Source: Nannocystis bainbridge (GTDB lineage: Bacteria > Myxococcota_A > Polyangia > Nannocystales > Nannocystaceae). From it: a DNA stretch of 64,000 nucleotides. Positions 19,444 through 29,394 of the stretch are shown piece by piece (the stretch's first letter is position 1; the number at the start of each line of letters is the position of its first letter). Position numbers and translations under genes: made by a program. Location: contig NZ_JAQNDL010000001.1 of the NCBI RefSeq assembly GCF_028368995.1, positions 4,288,001 to 4,352,000 of the forward strand, in the 5' to 3' direction. A model generated the notes under the pieces. It made no database searches, was not told the DNA's origin, and was given only the letters and a program-made list of their open reading frames with translations.

Positions 19444-22400
19444 TCACACCGCCAGCACGACGTCGGCCGCGGGGAACAGCAGCACCGCCTCGACCTGCTT
19501 GCGCTCGAGGCCGGCCTGCTCGGCCGCGGCCGCGCGCCAGGCGGTCACCGCGTCGCGGTAGAGGCGGGCCCGCTCCTCGGCCTCGGACTGCTTCTCGATG
19601 TTGTCGAGGCAGAGGCCGTAGACGACGGCCTTTTGCACATGGCCCTCGAGACCTGTCGCATCGACCTCGTCGAGGCCGAGCTCGAGGTTGGGGTCGAGGT
19701 CGAGCACGAGCCGGGCGATCTCGCCGGTCTGGAGGGCGCCGCTGCCGTCGAGGCGGGCGAACGGGACCTGCCGCTCGACCCGCGTCGCGGACGGGTCGCG
19801 CGCGCCGCGACTCAGCGCGGCGCGCAGGTTGGGGCCCTCGAGCACGCGCAAGAACTCCTGCACCCGCGCCCGCACCCACGTCTCGTCGCGGCTCGGCGCG
19901 GCGGCCCGCACGATCGCCTCGAGGCTCGGGGTGCTCGGGTTGAACTCCTCGAACCAGGCGATCTCGGCGAACAGGGCCCGCATCGCCGCGCCCCAGTGCG
20001 ACAGCGGCGTGTCCGCCAGGTGCATGTGGTCGGCGACGGTGCGGCCCGGGTCCTGCGCGAGCACGGCGGCGCGCACCAGCGGGCCCTGCGAGGGCAAGAA
20101 GCTGAGGCTCGTCGGCTCGCTCACCGGCACCGCCGCCGGCCGCTCACCCGCTCCCGCCGGCGCCGACTCGAGGTGCGGCGCCGAGGGGTCGACGGGGCCG
20201 GGCTCGACGTAGGCGTGCGGCGCCAGCCAGCTGCGGTCGCCGTGCTCGAACAGCACGCTGTCGGGCTCGACCGGGCCCTCGTGCAGCGCGTGGATCACCA
20301 GCGCCGCGGCCTTGGCCGGCGCGCCGCGGCTGCCCTCGCTCGGCGGGTCGACGAGGATGAACAGGCCCTCGCGCGCGCGCGTGACGGCGACGTAGAGGAG
20401 GCACAGGCTCTCGTGCGCCAGCCGGTCGATGTGCTGCTCGAAGATCGGGCGCAGGTCGTCGAACTGCTGCCACATGTCCTTCGAGACATGGCGGGCGATC
20501 CGGATCACCGGGCCGGCGTCGCCGTCGCGCTCGTAGACGACCTTGAGCGTGCGCGTCGAGGCCAGCTCGGTCTCGAGCTCGGGCAGGATGACGATGTCGA
20601 ACTCGAGGCCCTTCGACTGGTGGACCGTCATCACCTGGACCGCGGAGGCGGCCGGGTCGGCGACGGGCCGCGTCTCGACCATGGCGACGAACTGGTCGCA
20701 GCGGAGGGTCCGCCGCTCGTCCCACACCTGCGCCAGCTGGATGAGCTGCATGCAGCGCCGGTACTGCCGCTCGTCGACCTGGCCGGCGATCGCCCGCACC
20801 CACTGCTGCAGGGTCGGCGCCAGGCCGTCGCTGGCGATCTGCCGCCGCACCCGCGCGGCGACGCGGCGCTGCAGGTTGCGGTCGTCCTTGTCGAAGCCGA
20901 CCACCTGTCCCAAAGGACTGGCGAACACGTTGAAGCCGGCGATCGAGTGATCGGGGTGGTCGGCGAGGCGCAGCAGGTCGAGGATCGCGTTGACCGCGGG
21001 GGCGTCGGTGAGCGGGCCGCCGCCGCGGCCGGTCGCGGGGATCTTGAGGCGGGTCGGGCCGAGCTCGTAGAGGACGCGGCCGACGGCGCCGTTGGTCCGC
21101 AGCAGCACGCCGATCGTCTTGCCGGGGTGGCGGTGGTACAGCTCGGCGACCAGCGCCGCGGCCTCCTGCAGGCGCAGCTGCTGCCGCTTGCCCTGGTCCT
21201 CGCAGCGGCCGACCGCGCGCACCTGCACGTAGCCGGGCAGCTTGCGGGTGGTGGTGTGCTGCTCGAACTCGGAGTCCCAGCGGCGCGCGGCGTACGGGTA
21301 GCGCAGCAGCGTCGGGTTGTCCTTGAGGTTGGTGAAGATCTTGTTGACGACCTCGATCACCGCCGGCGACGAGCGGTAGCTGGTGGCGAGGGTCTCCTTG
21401 TGCAGCACCTGACCACCTGGCCGATGGAGCAGGTCGTCGAGACGCGAGAGGATCTCGGGGCAGGCGTTGCGCCAGCCGTAGATCGACTGCTTGACGTCGC
21501 CGACGCAGAAGAAGCTGCGCTCGTCGGTCGAGTACGACACGGTCTCGTCGACGATCGGCCGCAGGGCGTTCCACTGCTGGATGCTGGTGTCCTGCATCTC
21601 GTCGAGCAGGACGTGGCGCAGGCGGGCGTCGATGCGGAAGCAGATCTCGTCGAGGTGGCCGGAGAGGTCGGCCTGCGCCAGCGCGACGGTGAGGTCGGCG
21701 AAGGTGATGACCTTGTGCTCGCGCTTGACCCGGCGATAACAGCTGTCGAACAGCTGCAGCAGGGTGCAGGTGGCCCGGGTCTGCTCGATGACGCGGCGGC
21801 GGAACACCCCGCGCGCGTGGCCGAGCAGGCGCCGGTAGGCGAACACGGTGCCCGGCGCGATCGGCTTGTTGTAGTAGACGAGCTCGTTCTCGGCGACCTT
21901 CTTGGCCAGACCGGTGGTGAAGAACTCCATCCAGTCGTCGGAGCTGCCGCCGCGGCACTGCTCGGCGCGCTGACAGTCCTTCTGGTGGGCCTCGATGCCG
22001 CGCTTGCCGAGGTCGGTCGGCACGGCGAAGCGCAGGGTCGCGATCGCGTCGTCGAGCTCCTGCTCGCCGAGCGTCGGCTCGGGCGCGATCGCCTCCCACG
22101 CGGAGGTGTCGTGGGCCTCGCGGTAGAGGTCGTAGAGCGAGCTGACGGTGTTGTCGATGGTGTCGGTGACGGCCCGCTCGGAGCTGCCCTCGGTCAGCGA
22201 CGCCAGCAGCTCGATGATCGCCTCGGTGTCGCCCTCCTCGAGCATGAGCCCGATCGCCTCGCGGCGCAGGCGGAAGGCCTCGTCCTCGTCGACGATCCGG
22301 GCGTCGGTCGGCAGCCCGAGCTCGAGCGAGAAGCAGCGCACGATCGTGCCGAAGAAGCTGTCGAGCGTGCGGATCTGCAGGCGGTGGAGGTTGTTGGCCA

Positions 22401-24174
22401 GGCTGGCCAGGAGGTCGAGCACGCGGGTGCGCGCGAGGTCGCGGTGGAGCCGGTGGCCGAGCTCCTCGCGCTTGGCGCCGTCGTCGGCGGCCTCGGCGAG
22501 GGTGCGCAAGATTCGGTCGCGGATCTCGCCGGCAGCGGCGCGGGTGAAGGTGCTGGCGAGGATCGAGTAGGGGAAGGCGCCCCGACTCAAGATCTGCAAG
22601 TAGCGGTTGGTGAGCTGGTAGGTCTTGCCCGAGCCGGCCGAGGCCAGGATCCGCATGTGCTCGAGCCGGTGCCCGCCGGTGAGCCGCGGGTCGGGCGGGA
22701 GGTCGAACGCGGCCTCGGCGACCCGCTCGGCCTCGGCGATCACGGCGAGGACGTCCTGCCGCGGGGCGGGCGGCATGTCCTCGGGGACATACGACCTGAC
22801 CTTGGCACCAGGTCGCTTGCGCGCGTGCGGCGGGTCGAGCACGACGGCCTCGGCGAGGGCGATCGCGTCGGCGAGGTTGTCGGCCGGGCCCGGGAGATCG
22901 GTGGCGTGCGCGAGGGCGTCGATCTCGTCCGGGACGAAGCGCCGGGTCCGTGGCGGCTCGACGGCGACCTGGCTCGCGTGCAGCTCGCCGTCCCCGGGCT
23001 CGAGCCACTCGGCGTCGGCGGGCGAGATGTCCTCTTGAACAGGCTCGGACGGGACTTGGTCGCGGCTGTCCTCGCGGACAGGTCGCTCGACGAGGGTCTC
23101 TGCGCGACGCGAGGGCTCGCCGGGGGCGTTGCGGCCCGTCGCGCCCGCGCGGTCGGCTCCTTCGCGGTCGTCCGGGCCACCGTCCGAAAGGACAGGCGAT
23201 TCGTCGCGCGCACGGTCGCTGACGGCGCGCGCGCGCCTGCTCGAAGCGACGGAGGCCTCGACTTCGGCGACGCGCGCTGGCGCTTCCCCGTCCAGGACAT
23301 GGAACGTCCTGTCCGAAGAGACATGTACCGAGCTCACGCTCTGTCTCTGCTCCTCGGCGGCGGCGTCGCTCTCGAGGACAGGCTCATCGGACAGGGCATC
23401 GTTCGCGTGGCGAGATGTCCTGACCGACGGGACAGGCGCGCCTGCCCGCGGCTCACTCGCGCCGCGCGCCATGTCCTTCGGGACAGGTCTTCCCGCCTGT
23501 GGCTCACTCGCACCGCGCGCCTCACCGCGCGCCTCACCGCTCGTCGGCGGCTCACTCGCGCTGCGAGGCTTCCTGTCCGCGAGGCCAGGTTCTCTCGTCG
23601 GCGGCTCGCTCACACCACGGGACCTCCTGTCCGTCGGGACAGGTCCGCTCGCCTGCGCCTCACTCGCGCCGCGAGGCTTCCTGTCCGCAGGGCCAGGTTC
23701 TCTCGTCGGCGGCTCGCTCGCGCTGCGAGGCTTCCTGTCCGTGGGGACAGGTCCGCCCGCCTGCGTCTCGCTCGCGCCGCCGGGCCTCCTGTTCGAAGGA
23801 GTAGAGGACGCCTCGCCCATCCGGTCGCCGGTGTCGCGGGCTCTCCTGTCCGTCGGGACAGGTCCGCCCGCTTCGGTCTCGCTCGCACCGCCGGCTTTCG
23901 AGATCGTCGGCGGCTCGCCGCGGTCGCCCTTGCGGCCGCGCCGGCGCGGCTCGGCGGCGGGCTCCGGTTGCGGGGCCGGGCGCGCGGCTGCTTCGGCGCT
24001 GCGGGCGAAGGCGCCGGCGACCGCGTTGAAAAGGTCGCGCGCGGGGCGGGCGACCTGACGCGGGGCGGTGCGGTTGCGCCTGGCCTTGCGGACAGGTGGT
24101 GGCGCCGCCGCGGCATCGGGCTCGCCGAACAGCCACAGCGACTCCGGGCGCGGCGGCTTCTCGGGGTCGCTCAC
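19444..24174 (-). CDS. addA: AddA/RecB-like SF1 helicase with ~500-aa low-complexity N-terminal extension and degenerate C-terminal nuclease
   Basis: ASAGSGKT, TFTRAAA, LDEMQDT, VGDVKQSIYGWR, SYRS, MTVHQSKGLEF, LYVAVTRAR; GTG start overlaps addB stop (GTGA). Confidence 0.85.
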   Translation of the reverse strand: MSDPEKPPRPESLWLFGEPDAAAAPPPVRKARRNRTAPRQVARPARDLFNAVAGAFARSAEAAARPAPQPEPAAEPRRRGRKGDRGEPPTISKAGGASETEAGGPVPTDRRARDTGDRMGEASSTPSNRRPGGASETQAGGPVPTDRKPRSASEPPTREPGPADRKPRGASEAQASGPVPTDRRSRGVSEPPTREPGLADRKPRSASEPPTSGEARGEARGASEPQAGRPVPKDMARGASEPRAGAPVPSVRTSRHANDALSDEPVLESDAAAEEQRQSVSSVHVSSDRTFHVLDGEAPARVAEVEASVASSRRARAVSDRARDESPVLSDGGPDDREGADRAGATGRNAPGEPSRRAETLVERPVREDSRDQVPSEPVQEDISPADAEWLEPGDGELHASQVAVEPPRTRRFVPDEIDALAHATDLPGPADNLADAIALAEAVVLDPPHARKRPGAKVRSYVPEDMPPAPRQDVLAVIAEAERVAEAAFDLPPDPRLTGGHRLEHMRILASAGSGKTYQLTNRYLQILSRGAFPYSILASTFTRAAAGEIRDRILRTLAEAADDGAKREELGHRLHRDLARTRVLDLLASLANNLHRLQIRTLDSFFGTIVRCFSLELGLPTDARIVDEDEAFRLRREAIGLMLEEGDTEAIIELLASLTEGSSERAVTDTIDNTVSSLYDLYREAHDTSAWEAIAPEPTLGEQELDDAIATLRFAVPTDLGKRGIEAHQKDCQRAEQCRGGSSDDWMEFFTTGLAKKVAENELVYYNKPIAPGTVFAYRRLLGHARGVFRRRVIEQTRATCTLLQLFDSCYRRVKREHKVITFADLTVALAQADLSGHLDEICFRIDARLRHVLLDEMQDTSIQQWNALRPIVDETVSYSTDERSFFCVGDVKQSIYGWRNACPEILSRLDDLLHRPGGQVLHKETLATSYRSSPAVIEVVNKIFTNLKDNPTLLRYPYAARRWDSEFEQHTTTRKLPGYVQVRAVGRCEDQGKRQQLRLQEAAALVAELYHRHPGKTIGVLLRTNGAVGRVLYELGPTRLKIPATGRGGGPLTDAPAVNAILDLLRLADHPDHSIAGFNVFASPLGQVVGFDKDDRNLQRRVAARVRRQIASDGLAPTLQQWVRAIAGQVDERQYRRCMQLIQLAQVWDERRTLRCDQFVAMVETRPVADPAASAVQVMTVHQSKGLEFDIVILPELETELASTRTLKVVYERDGDAGPVIRIARHVSKDMWQQFDDLRPIFEQHIDRLAHESLCLLYVAVTRAREGLFILVDPPSEGSRGAPAKAAALVIHALHEGPVEPDSVLFEHGDRSWLAPHAYVEPGPVDPSAPHLESAPAGAGERPAAVPVSEPTSLSFLPSQGPLVRAAVLAQDPGRTVADHMHLADTPLSHWGAAMRALFAEIAWFEEFNPSTPSLEAIVRAAAPSRDETWVRARVQEFLRVLEGPNLRAALSRGARDPSATRVERQVPFARLDGSGALQTGEIARLVLDLDPNLELGLDEVDATGLEGHVQKAVVYGLCLDNIEKQSEAEERARLYRDAVTAWRAAAAEQAGLERKQVEAVLLFPAADVVLAV
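23470..23885 (-). repeat. Coding tandem repeat (~54-bp units, ~108-bp higher-order period) in addA N-terminal extension
   Basis: Peptides GASExxAGGPVPTDR / SASEPPTREPGxADRKPR; palindrome or variant at 23574, 23628, 23682, 23736 (54-bp steps) and 23847. Confidence 0.8.
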
Positions 24175-27122
24175 GCCTCGGCCTCCAGGTCGTCGGCGCC
24201 GCCGAACACGCGGGTCTGGCAGATGTTGGCGAAGTCGTCCTGGTAGCGGGCGGCGAAGTCGCCCATGATGTCGAAGCGGCCGGCGCGGATGCTGCGGACG
24301 ATGTCCCGCGCGGTGCCGACGGCGTCATCGAGGTCGGCCGGGGTCCAGCGGGCGATGTGCAGCGCCTCCTGCTCCGGCTTCTTCGGCAAGTTCATGTAAG
24401 CCAGCTGGACCGGCCCGGAGTAGCCGTGCTGGGCCGCGAGGTGGTGGTAGAGCGGCAGCTGCAGGTCGCTCCACTGGCTCGCCGAACCCCGGGCCGCCCG
24501 GTGCGTCTTGTCGGGGCTGTGGCCCGACTCGCTGGTCTTGTAGTCGATGATCATCCACGAGCCGTCGCGGACGTTTTGATCGATGCGATCGATCTTCCCC
24601 TTGATCCGCATCTTCGGCTGATCGGGAATTTGCAGGTAGGTCTCCTCGGGCAGCTCGAACTCGCAGCGGCGGATCTTCCAGCCGTCGGCGCGGCGGCGGG
24701 CCTGGTGCGGCGCGAACGAGGCGAGGCGCTGGCGGAGGCGCGAGATCTGGATCCGGATCGCCGGCAGCGGGCGGGCGCCGAAGGTCTCGCGCGCGCGGTC
24801 GTCGAGCACGCCGTCGAGGTACTTGGCGATCGCCTCGGGGTCGACGCTGTCGGCGATCGCCGGGTCCTCGCCGAAGCGCTGCAGGACGTCGTGGGTCAGG
24901 TTGCCGAACTGCAGCGCGTCGAGCTCGACGGCGCTGTCGTCGATCAGGCGCAGGCGGCGGACGTACTTGAGGTAGTAGCGGAACGGGCAGCGCAGGTAGA
25001 GGCCGAACTCGGTGACCGTCATGGCCGGCGGCTCGATCGGCGGGCCGGGTTCGGGGATCCGGAAGCCGGAGGTCGCGCTAGAGGGCGGGGCGCCGTACGG
25101 CAGGGCCCAGCGGCGGGCATGGTTCGGATCGCAGAGCCGGAGGATCCGCGCCGGCAGCAGCTCGAGGTCGCCGGCGAGCAGCAAGCGCGAAGGCGTGAGC
25201 GGCTCGCCGTCGGCGGCCTGGCGCCCGGCGATGAAGGTGCACTTGACGCGGCTGCGGCGGATCGCCTCGATGAGGTAGGCGTCGCGGGCGTAGCGGCGGC
25301 CGTTGCTGAGCACGCCGAGGTGCTCACGCAGGCCGTCGGGCAGGAACGCGTCGGCGGTGACGGCCTGCGGCACGGCGCCGTCGTTGCAACCGGCGAGCAC
25401 CAGCACCGGCGCCGGATCGTGGTGCAGCTCGAGCCAGCCGAGCATCTCGATCTGGCCCGAGCGCGGGTCCTCGGGCACGCGCAGGCCGGCAAGCTGCGCG
25501 AGCACGAGGCGCAGCGCGGTCGGGCCGTCGACGTCGGGCTGGAGCCCGGGCGCGGCGCCGGTCAGGTTGCCGAGGTTCTTGGCGATCTCGATGCAGGTGT
25601 TGGCGACCCGCTGGTCGCTGATCGCCCGCGCGTGGACGTCGAGGTGGCCGTAGGCGTTGCGCAGGACCTCGAGGATCGGCTCGAACCACTGCGTCAGCGG
25701 CCGGCGGTCGCCCACCAGCGGCGAGTACAGCTTGGCGACGATGTCGTGGAGGATCTGCATCCGCCGCGCGACCTTCTCGTCGCCGAGCCACGCGCTACCG
25801 AGGTTGTCCTGCAGGTGCTCGGTGTGATAGCGGTCGAGCACCGTCAACCACTCGACGATCGTGTGGTCGTCGGCGGCGACGTCGTCCTTGCTGTCCTTTG
25901 GGACCTGTCCTTCGAGACCTGCGCTGAAGGGCACGTCCTCGGGGACCTGTTCGGCGGGCTTGGCCTCGGCCCACTCGGGCGCGGGGCCGGCCGGCGGCTT
26001 GGCCTTGCCGAGCAGGCGGCGGACGAAGCCCTCGACGTCGGGGTGGCGGATCAGCGCGGCGAACGGGAAGAACCGCGAGTCGCGGACCCACTCGAGCCCG
26101 GCCTGCAGCAGGCGGAACGGGCGGCCGTGGAGGGCCAGGAGGCCGCGCGGGTCGTGCACGCCGATGTCGGCCCACTGCCCGGCCTGGGTCATGGTCGGCG
26201 CGAGCTTCTCGTCGCCGAGGCCGATCGTGACCTCTTCGGGGCGGTAGGCGCCGCCGAGGTCGGCGAGGCAGCGGATGACGGCCTGGGCCTGGTCGGCGGG
26301 GCGGTCGGCGATGATGAGCTGGTCGTCGGGGATCTCGATCGGGCGACCGGACCAGAAGTTGCGCTCGACGCAGCCGTCGGCGTCGAAGCCGGAATAGAGC
26401 TGCTCGGGGGCGTGGATCAGGGCGGTGGCGCGGTCGCCGTAGGCGCGGACGATGGCGCGGTGGACCCGGGCGAGGTCGACGACGCCGACGAGCACGAGCT
26501 GGTGGTCCGGGTCGACCGGGGTGGCGCCGTCGACGAGGGCGGCGATGACCTCGCGCCGGCGCTCGTGCGGGCAGACGCGGTCCTCGCGGCCGAGGCGCTC
26601 GCGGTAGCGGCCCTCGAGGCGCTCGAGCACGGCCCAGCGCTCGGCCTCGCGGTCCATGCTCATGCGGGCGGCGACGCGGGCGACGTCGCGGAGCGCCAGC
26701 AGCTCGGCCGACAGCTCGTCGACGACGCCGGCGACGGTGCCCGCGAGCTCGTGCCAGGCCGGCCAGTCGTAGAAGTCGGGGCGGGTCGGCAGCAGCGGCG
26801 AGATGTGCTCGGGGCGGGCCTCCCGCAGCACGTGCATCCACGCGAGGGTGCACTCCAGGGGCGAAGCGGTGCGGGCGTCGCCGGGGACCAGCAGCTCGGC
26901 GAGGGCCCCAGGGGTCAGGACCTGCGGCGGGACCAGGCGGAGGCCGCGCTCGGCGCACTGGCGGAGCAGCAGGTGCAGCAGGACCCGGCCGGCGCGGGCG
27001 CCAGGCAGCACGCAGCGGACCGCCCGCAGGTCGCAGCGACGACCTTCGGCGTGGCGCTCGATGAGCCAGGCGGCGGCCGCGGGGAGCAGCGGCCCTTGCC
27101 AGTCCAACCATTGACGCTGCAT
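24171..27122 (-). CDS. addB: AddB-like protein with C-terminal PD-(D/E)XK nuclease
   Basis: YLRCPFRYY, GKIDRID, IIDYKTS, DLQLPLY; inactive-helicase-like N-terminus; coupled to addA. Confidence 0.85.
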   Translation of the reverse strand: MQRQWLDWQGPLLPAAAAWLIERHAEGRRCDLRAVRCVLPGARAGRVLLHLLLRQCAERGLRLVPPQVLTPGALAELLVPGDARTASPLECTLAWMHVLREARPEHISPLLPTRPDFYDWPAWHELAGTVAGVVDELSAELLALRDVARVAARMSMDREAERWAVLERLEGRYRERLGREDRVCPHERRREVIAALVDGATPVDPDHQLVLVGVVDLARVHRAIVRAYGDRATALIHAPEQLYSGFDADGCVERNFWSGRPIEIPDDQLIIADRPADQAQAVIRCLADLGGAYRPEEVTIGLGDEKLAPTMTQAGQWADIGVHDPRGLLALHGRPFRLLQAGLEWVRDSRFFPFAALIRHPDVEGFVRRLLGKAKPPAGPAPEWAEAKPAEQVPEDVPFSAGLEGQVPKDSKDDVAADDHTIVEWLTVLDRYHTEHLQDNLGSAWLGDEKVARRMQILHDIVAKLYSPLVGDRRPLTQWFEPILEVLRNAYGHLDVHARAISDQRVANTCIEIAKNLGNLTGAAPGLQPDVDGPTALRLVLAQLAGLRVPEDPRSGQIEMLGWLELHHDPAPVLVLAGCNDGAVPQAVTADAFLPDGLREHLGVLSNGRRYARDAYLIEAIRRSRVKCTFIAGRQAADGEPLTPSRLLLAGDLELLPARILRLCDPNHARRWALPYGAPPSSATSGFRIPEPGPPIEPPAMTVTEFGLYLRCPFRYYLKYVRRLRLIDDSAVELDALQFGNLTHDVLQRFGEDPAIADSVDPEAIAKYLDGVLDDRARETFGARPLPAIRIQISRLRQRLASFAPHQARRRADGWKIRRCEFELPEETYLQIPDQPKMRIKGKIDRIDQNVRDGSWMIIDYKTSESGHSPDKTHRAARGSASQWSDLQLPLYHHLAAQHGYSGPVQLAYMNLPKKPEQEALHIARWTPADLDDAVGTARDIVRSIRAGRFDIMGDFAARYQDDFANICQTRVFGGADDLEAEA

Positions 27123-27409
27123 GGGCCGCTCGCGGAGACAGGCAACCTACGAAACGAAAAGGGGCCATGCAAGGCCCGCGGCGCGCCGGAGATCGCTCGA
27201 GCGGGCCGTGGGGATTGCTAGATCCACCACGTGCCCCGGGAGGGGCAGAGCGGGCGGGTACTGCGGCCGATCGCCGGAAATTCGCGGCGCTGCGTGGCCC
27301 CGGCGAAAATCGCCGAAAATTTGACAGGCCCGTCCGCGGCCTCGTGACGGCCCCTCACGCCTGTCGGGGTCGGTGTCCGGCGGGGTCGGCGTGGTAGCGT
27401 GAGGACCGG

Positions 27410-28528
27410 GTGTTCACGACGGTCTTCGCCGCGGCCGCCATGGTCCTGACCCTGGCCCTGCCGCCCTTCCCGCAGGGCCTGACGATCCCGATCACGATGT
27501 ACCTGCTGCTGGTGGTGCTGGCGGGCTTCGGCGGGTTCCTGCGCTCGTCCGCGGCCCGGGCGCAGGTCACCCTGCTGCTGCCGTGGGTGCTGGCGCTGAT
27601 CGTCGGCCTCGCCGTCGGCACGATCGGCGGCAACTCGCTCGGGCAGTCGCTGGAGGACGCCCTCTCGTACGTGCTGTTCGCGCTCGGGCTGTGCGCCGGG
27701 CGAGCCGCGTACCGGCCGCTGTGGCTGTTCGCGGCGGTGCTGCTGGTCGCGGTGGTCGACGGCGTGGCCTCGCTGTACTTGATGCCGACGTGGGACCTCA
27801 GCCGTTACCGCTCGGTCTACAACTACTTTAAGATGGCGATCGGGCACCCGCTGGTCGGGCTGTTCTGCGCCGCGTTCCTGCTGCATTTCGTGCGCAACCG
27901 GACCCTGCGGCGGGTCTGTTCGCTTTCGCACGCGGTGCTGATCGTCGTCGTCGTCGCCACGGTGAGCCGCGGCATGGTGCTCGGCATGACGCTCGGTTGG
28001 TTGACGAGCCTGACGGTCCGCTCGCCGCGAAAGGGCGCGCTGGTGGTCGGGCTCGGGGTGATCGGGGCGGTGGTGTTCGCCACGGTGCTGTCGGACTTCG
28101 CGGTGACGTACCTGCGCCTGGGGCAGCAGGGCACGGTCGACGCGCGGGTGCGAGAGATCGAGGAGTGCCTGCACATCTTCGCCGAGAACCCGATCTTCGG
28201 CGCCGGCCTCGGGGCGGAACTCGAGGTCGACGGCCATCATGCCAGTTACGTGCACAACATGGTCGCGTACCACCTGTGGAAGTTCGGGCTGGTCGGCTCG
28301 GCGCTGTTCGCCCTGCCGGTGTTCTCGCTGGCGCGCCAGGCGATGCGGGCGCCGCAGCACCTGCGCGCGACGATCTTCGCCGGGGCGGCGGCCGTGATGC
28401 TGTACGTGGTCACGGCCGCGTCGTACAAGAGCTACATCCTCGTGCCGATGGTCGGCATCGTGGTCGGCGCGGCGCTGCAGGTCTCGCTGCCGGCGCGGCA
28501 ACAACATGTCTCGAAGGCCAGCTCATGA
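27410..28528 (+). CDS. O-antigen ligase / Wzy-family polymerase
   Basis: About 11 TM helices; TVSRG, NPIFGAGLG, YVHN...KFGLVG. Confidence 0.75.
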   Translation: MFTTVFAAAAMVLTLALPPFPQGLTIPITMYLLLVVLAGFGGFLRSSAARAQVTLLLPWVLALIVGLAVGTIGGNSLGQSLEDALSYVLFALGLCAGRAAYRPLWLFAAVLLVAVVDGVASLYLMPTWDLSRYRSVYNYFKMAIGHPLVGLFCAAFLLHFVRNRTLRRVCSLSHAVLIVVVVATVSRGMVLGMTLGWLTSLTVRSPRKGALVVGLGVIGAVVFATVLSDFAVTYLRLGQQGTVDARVREIEECLHIFAENPIFGAGLGAELEVDGHHASYVHNMVAYHLWKFGLVGSALFALPVFSLARQAMRAPQHLRATIFAGAAAVMLYVVTAASYKSYILVPMVGIVVGAALQVSLPARQQHVSKASS

Positions 28529-29394
28529 CACCGTTCGCCGTCGTCATCCTCACGCGTGACGAGGAGCTCAACCTGCCGAAGGCGCTGGCGTCGATCGCGG
28601 GCCGCTGCCCGGTGCTGATCGTCGACTCGAACTCGGTCGACCGCACCGAGGCGGTCGCGGGCGAGTACAAGGCCGAGTTCGTGGTCCACAAGTTCGAGGA
28701 CTACTCGAAGCAGCGCAACTGGGCGCTGGAGCAGGTCGAGGACCGGTTCGAGTGGATCTACTTCCTCGACGCCGACGAGGAGTTCACGCCGGCGCTGTGG
28801 GACGAGGTCCAGGCGACGATCCGGCGCGACGACCTCGACGGCGCCTATGTCCGCTGGGACGTGCGCATCCTCGGCCGCAAGCTCAAGCACGGCGAGTTCA
28901 CCCACGCGATGATGCTGCGGCTGATGCGGCCCAAGGTGGCCCGCTTCAGCCGCGGGATCAACGAGCGCGTCGACGACAAGGACCTGCGGATCACCGTGCT
29001 CAAGGCGCGCATGATCCACCGCGACGCCAAGCCGATGTCCGAGCTGTTCCGCAAGCACGTCGGCTACGCCGCGCGCGAGGCCAGGGTCTACGTCGACGGC
29101 CTGAGCCAGCAGCAGCGGCTCGCCGAGCTGCACCTGCGCACCAAGGCCGGGCGGGTGGCGGTGCTGCGGCGGGTCTACAACAAGCTGCCGCTGTTCGTGC
29201 GGCCGTTCATCAACTTCAGCCGGGCCATGGGCCTCGGCGCCTGGCGCGACGGGATCCCCGGGGTCCTGCACGCCGGCATGCACGCGCTGTGGTACCCGAT
29301 GCTGATCGACCTGCTGATCCACGAGGAGCTGCTGCGCCGGGCCGGCAAGCTCGACGAGGAGTTCGCGCCTCGCTGGGGCGGGGAGGACGCGTAG
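28525..29394 (+). CDS. GT2 family glycosyltransferase
   Basis: VILTRDEE, VDSNSVDRT, KQRNWAL, FLDADE; ATGA overlap with upstream gene. Confidence 0.9.
   Translation: MTPFAVVILTRDEELNLPKALASIAGRCPVLIVDSNSVDRTEAVAGEYKAEFVVHKFEDYSKQRNWALEQVEDRFEWIYFLDADEEFTPALWDEVQATIRRDDLDGAYVRWDVRILGRKLKHGEFTHAMMLRLMRPKVARFSRGINERVDDKDLRITVLKARMIHRDAKPMSELFRKHVGYAAREARVYVDGLSQQQRLAELHLRTKAGRVAVLRRVYNKLPLFVRPFINFSRAMGLGAWRDGIPGVLHAGMHALWYPMLIDLLIHEELLRRAGKLDEEFAPRWGGEDA

Noticed and set aside
13508-27221. Very long antisense ORFs (13508..18772, 19381..24246, 24096..27221) and similar shadow ORFs
   Set aside because: Expected in high-GC DNA opposite real genes; the translations have no motifs while the opposite strand has clear family signatures.
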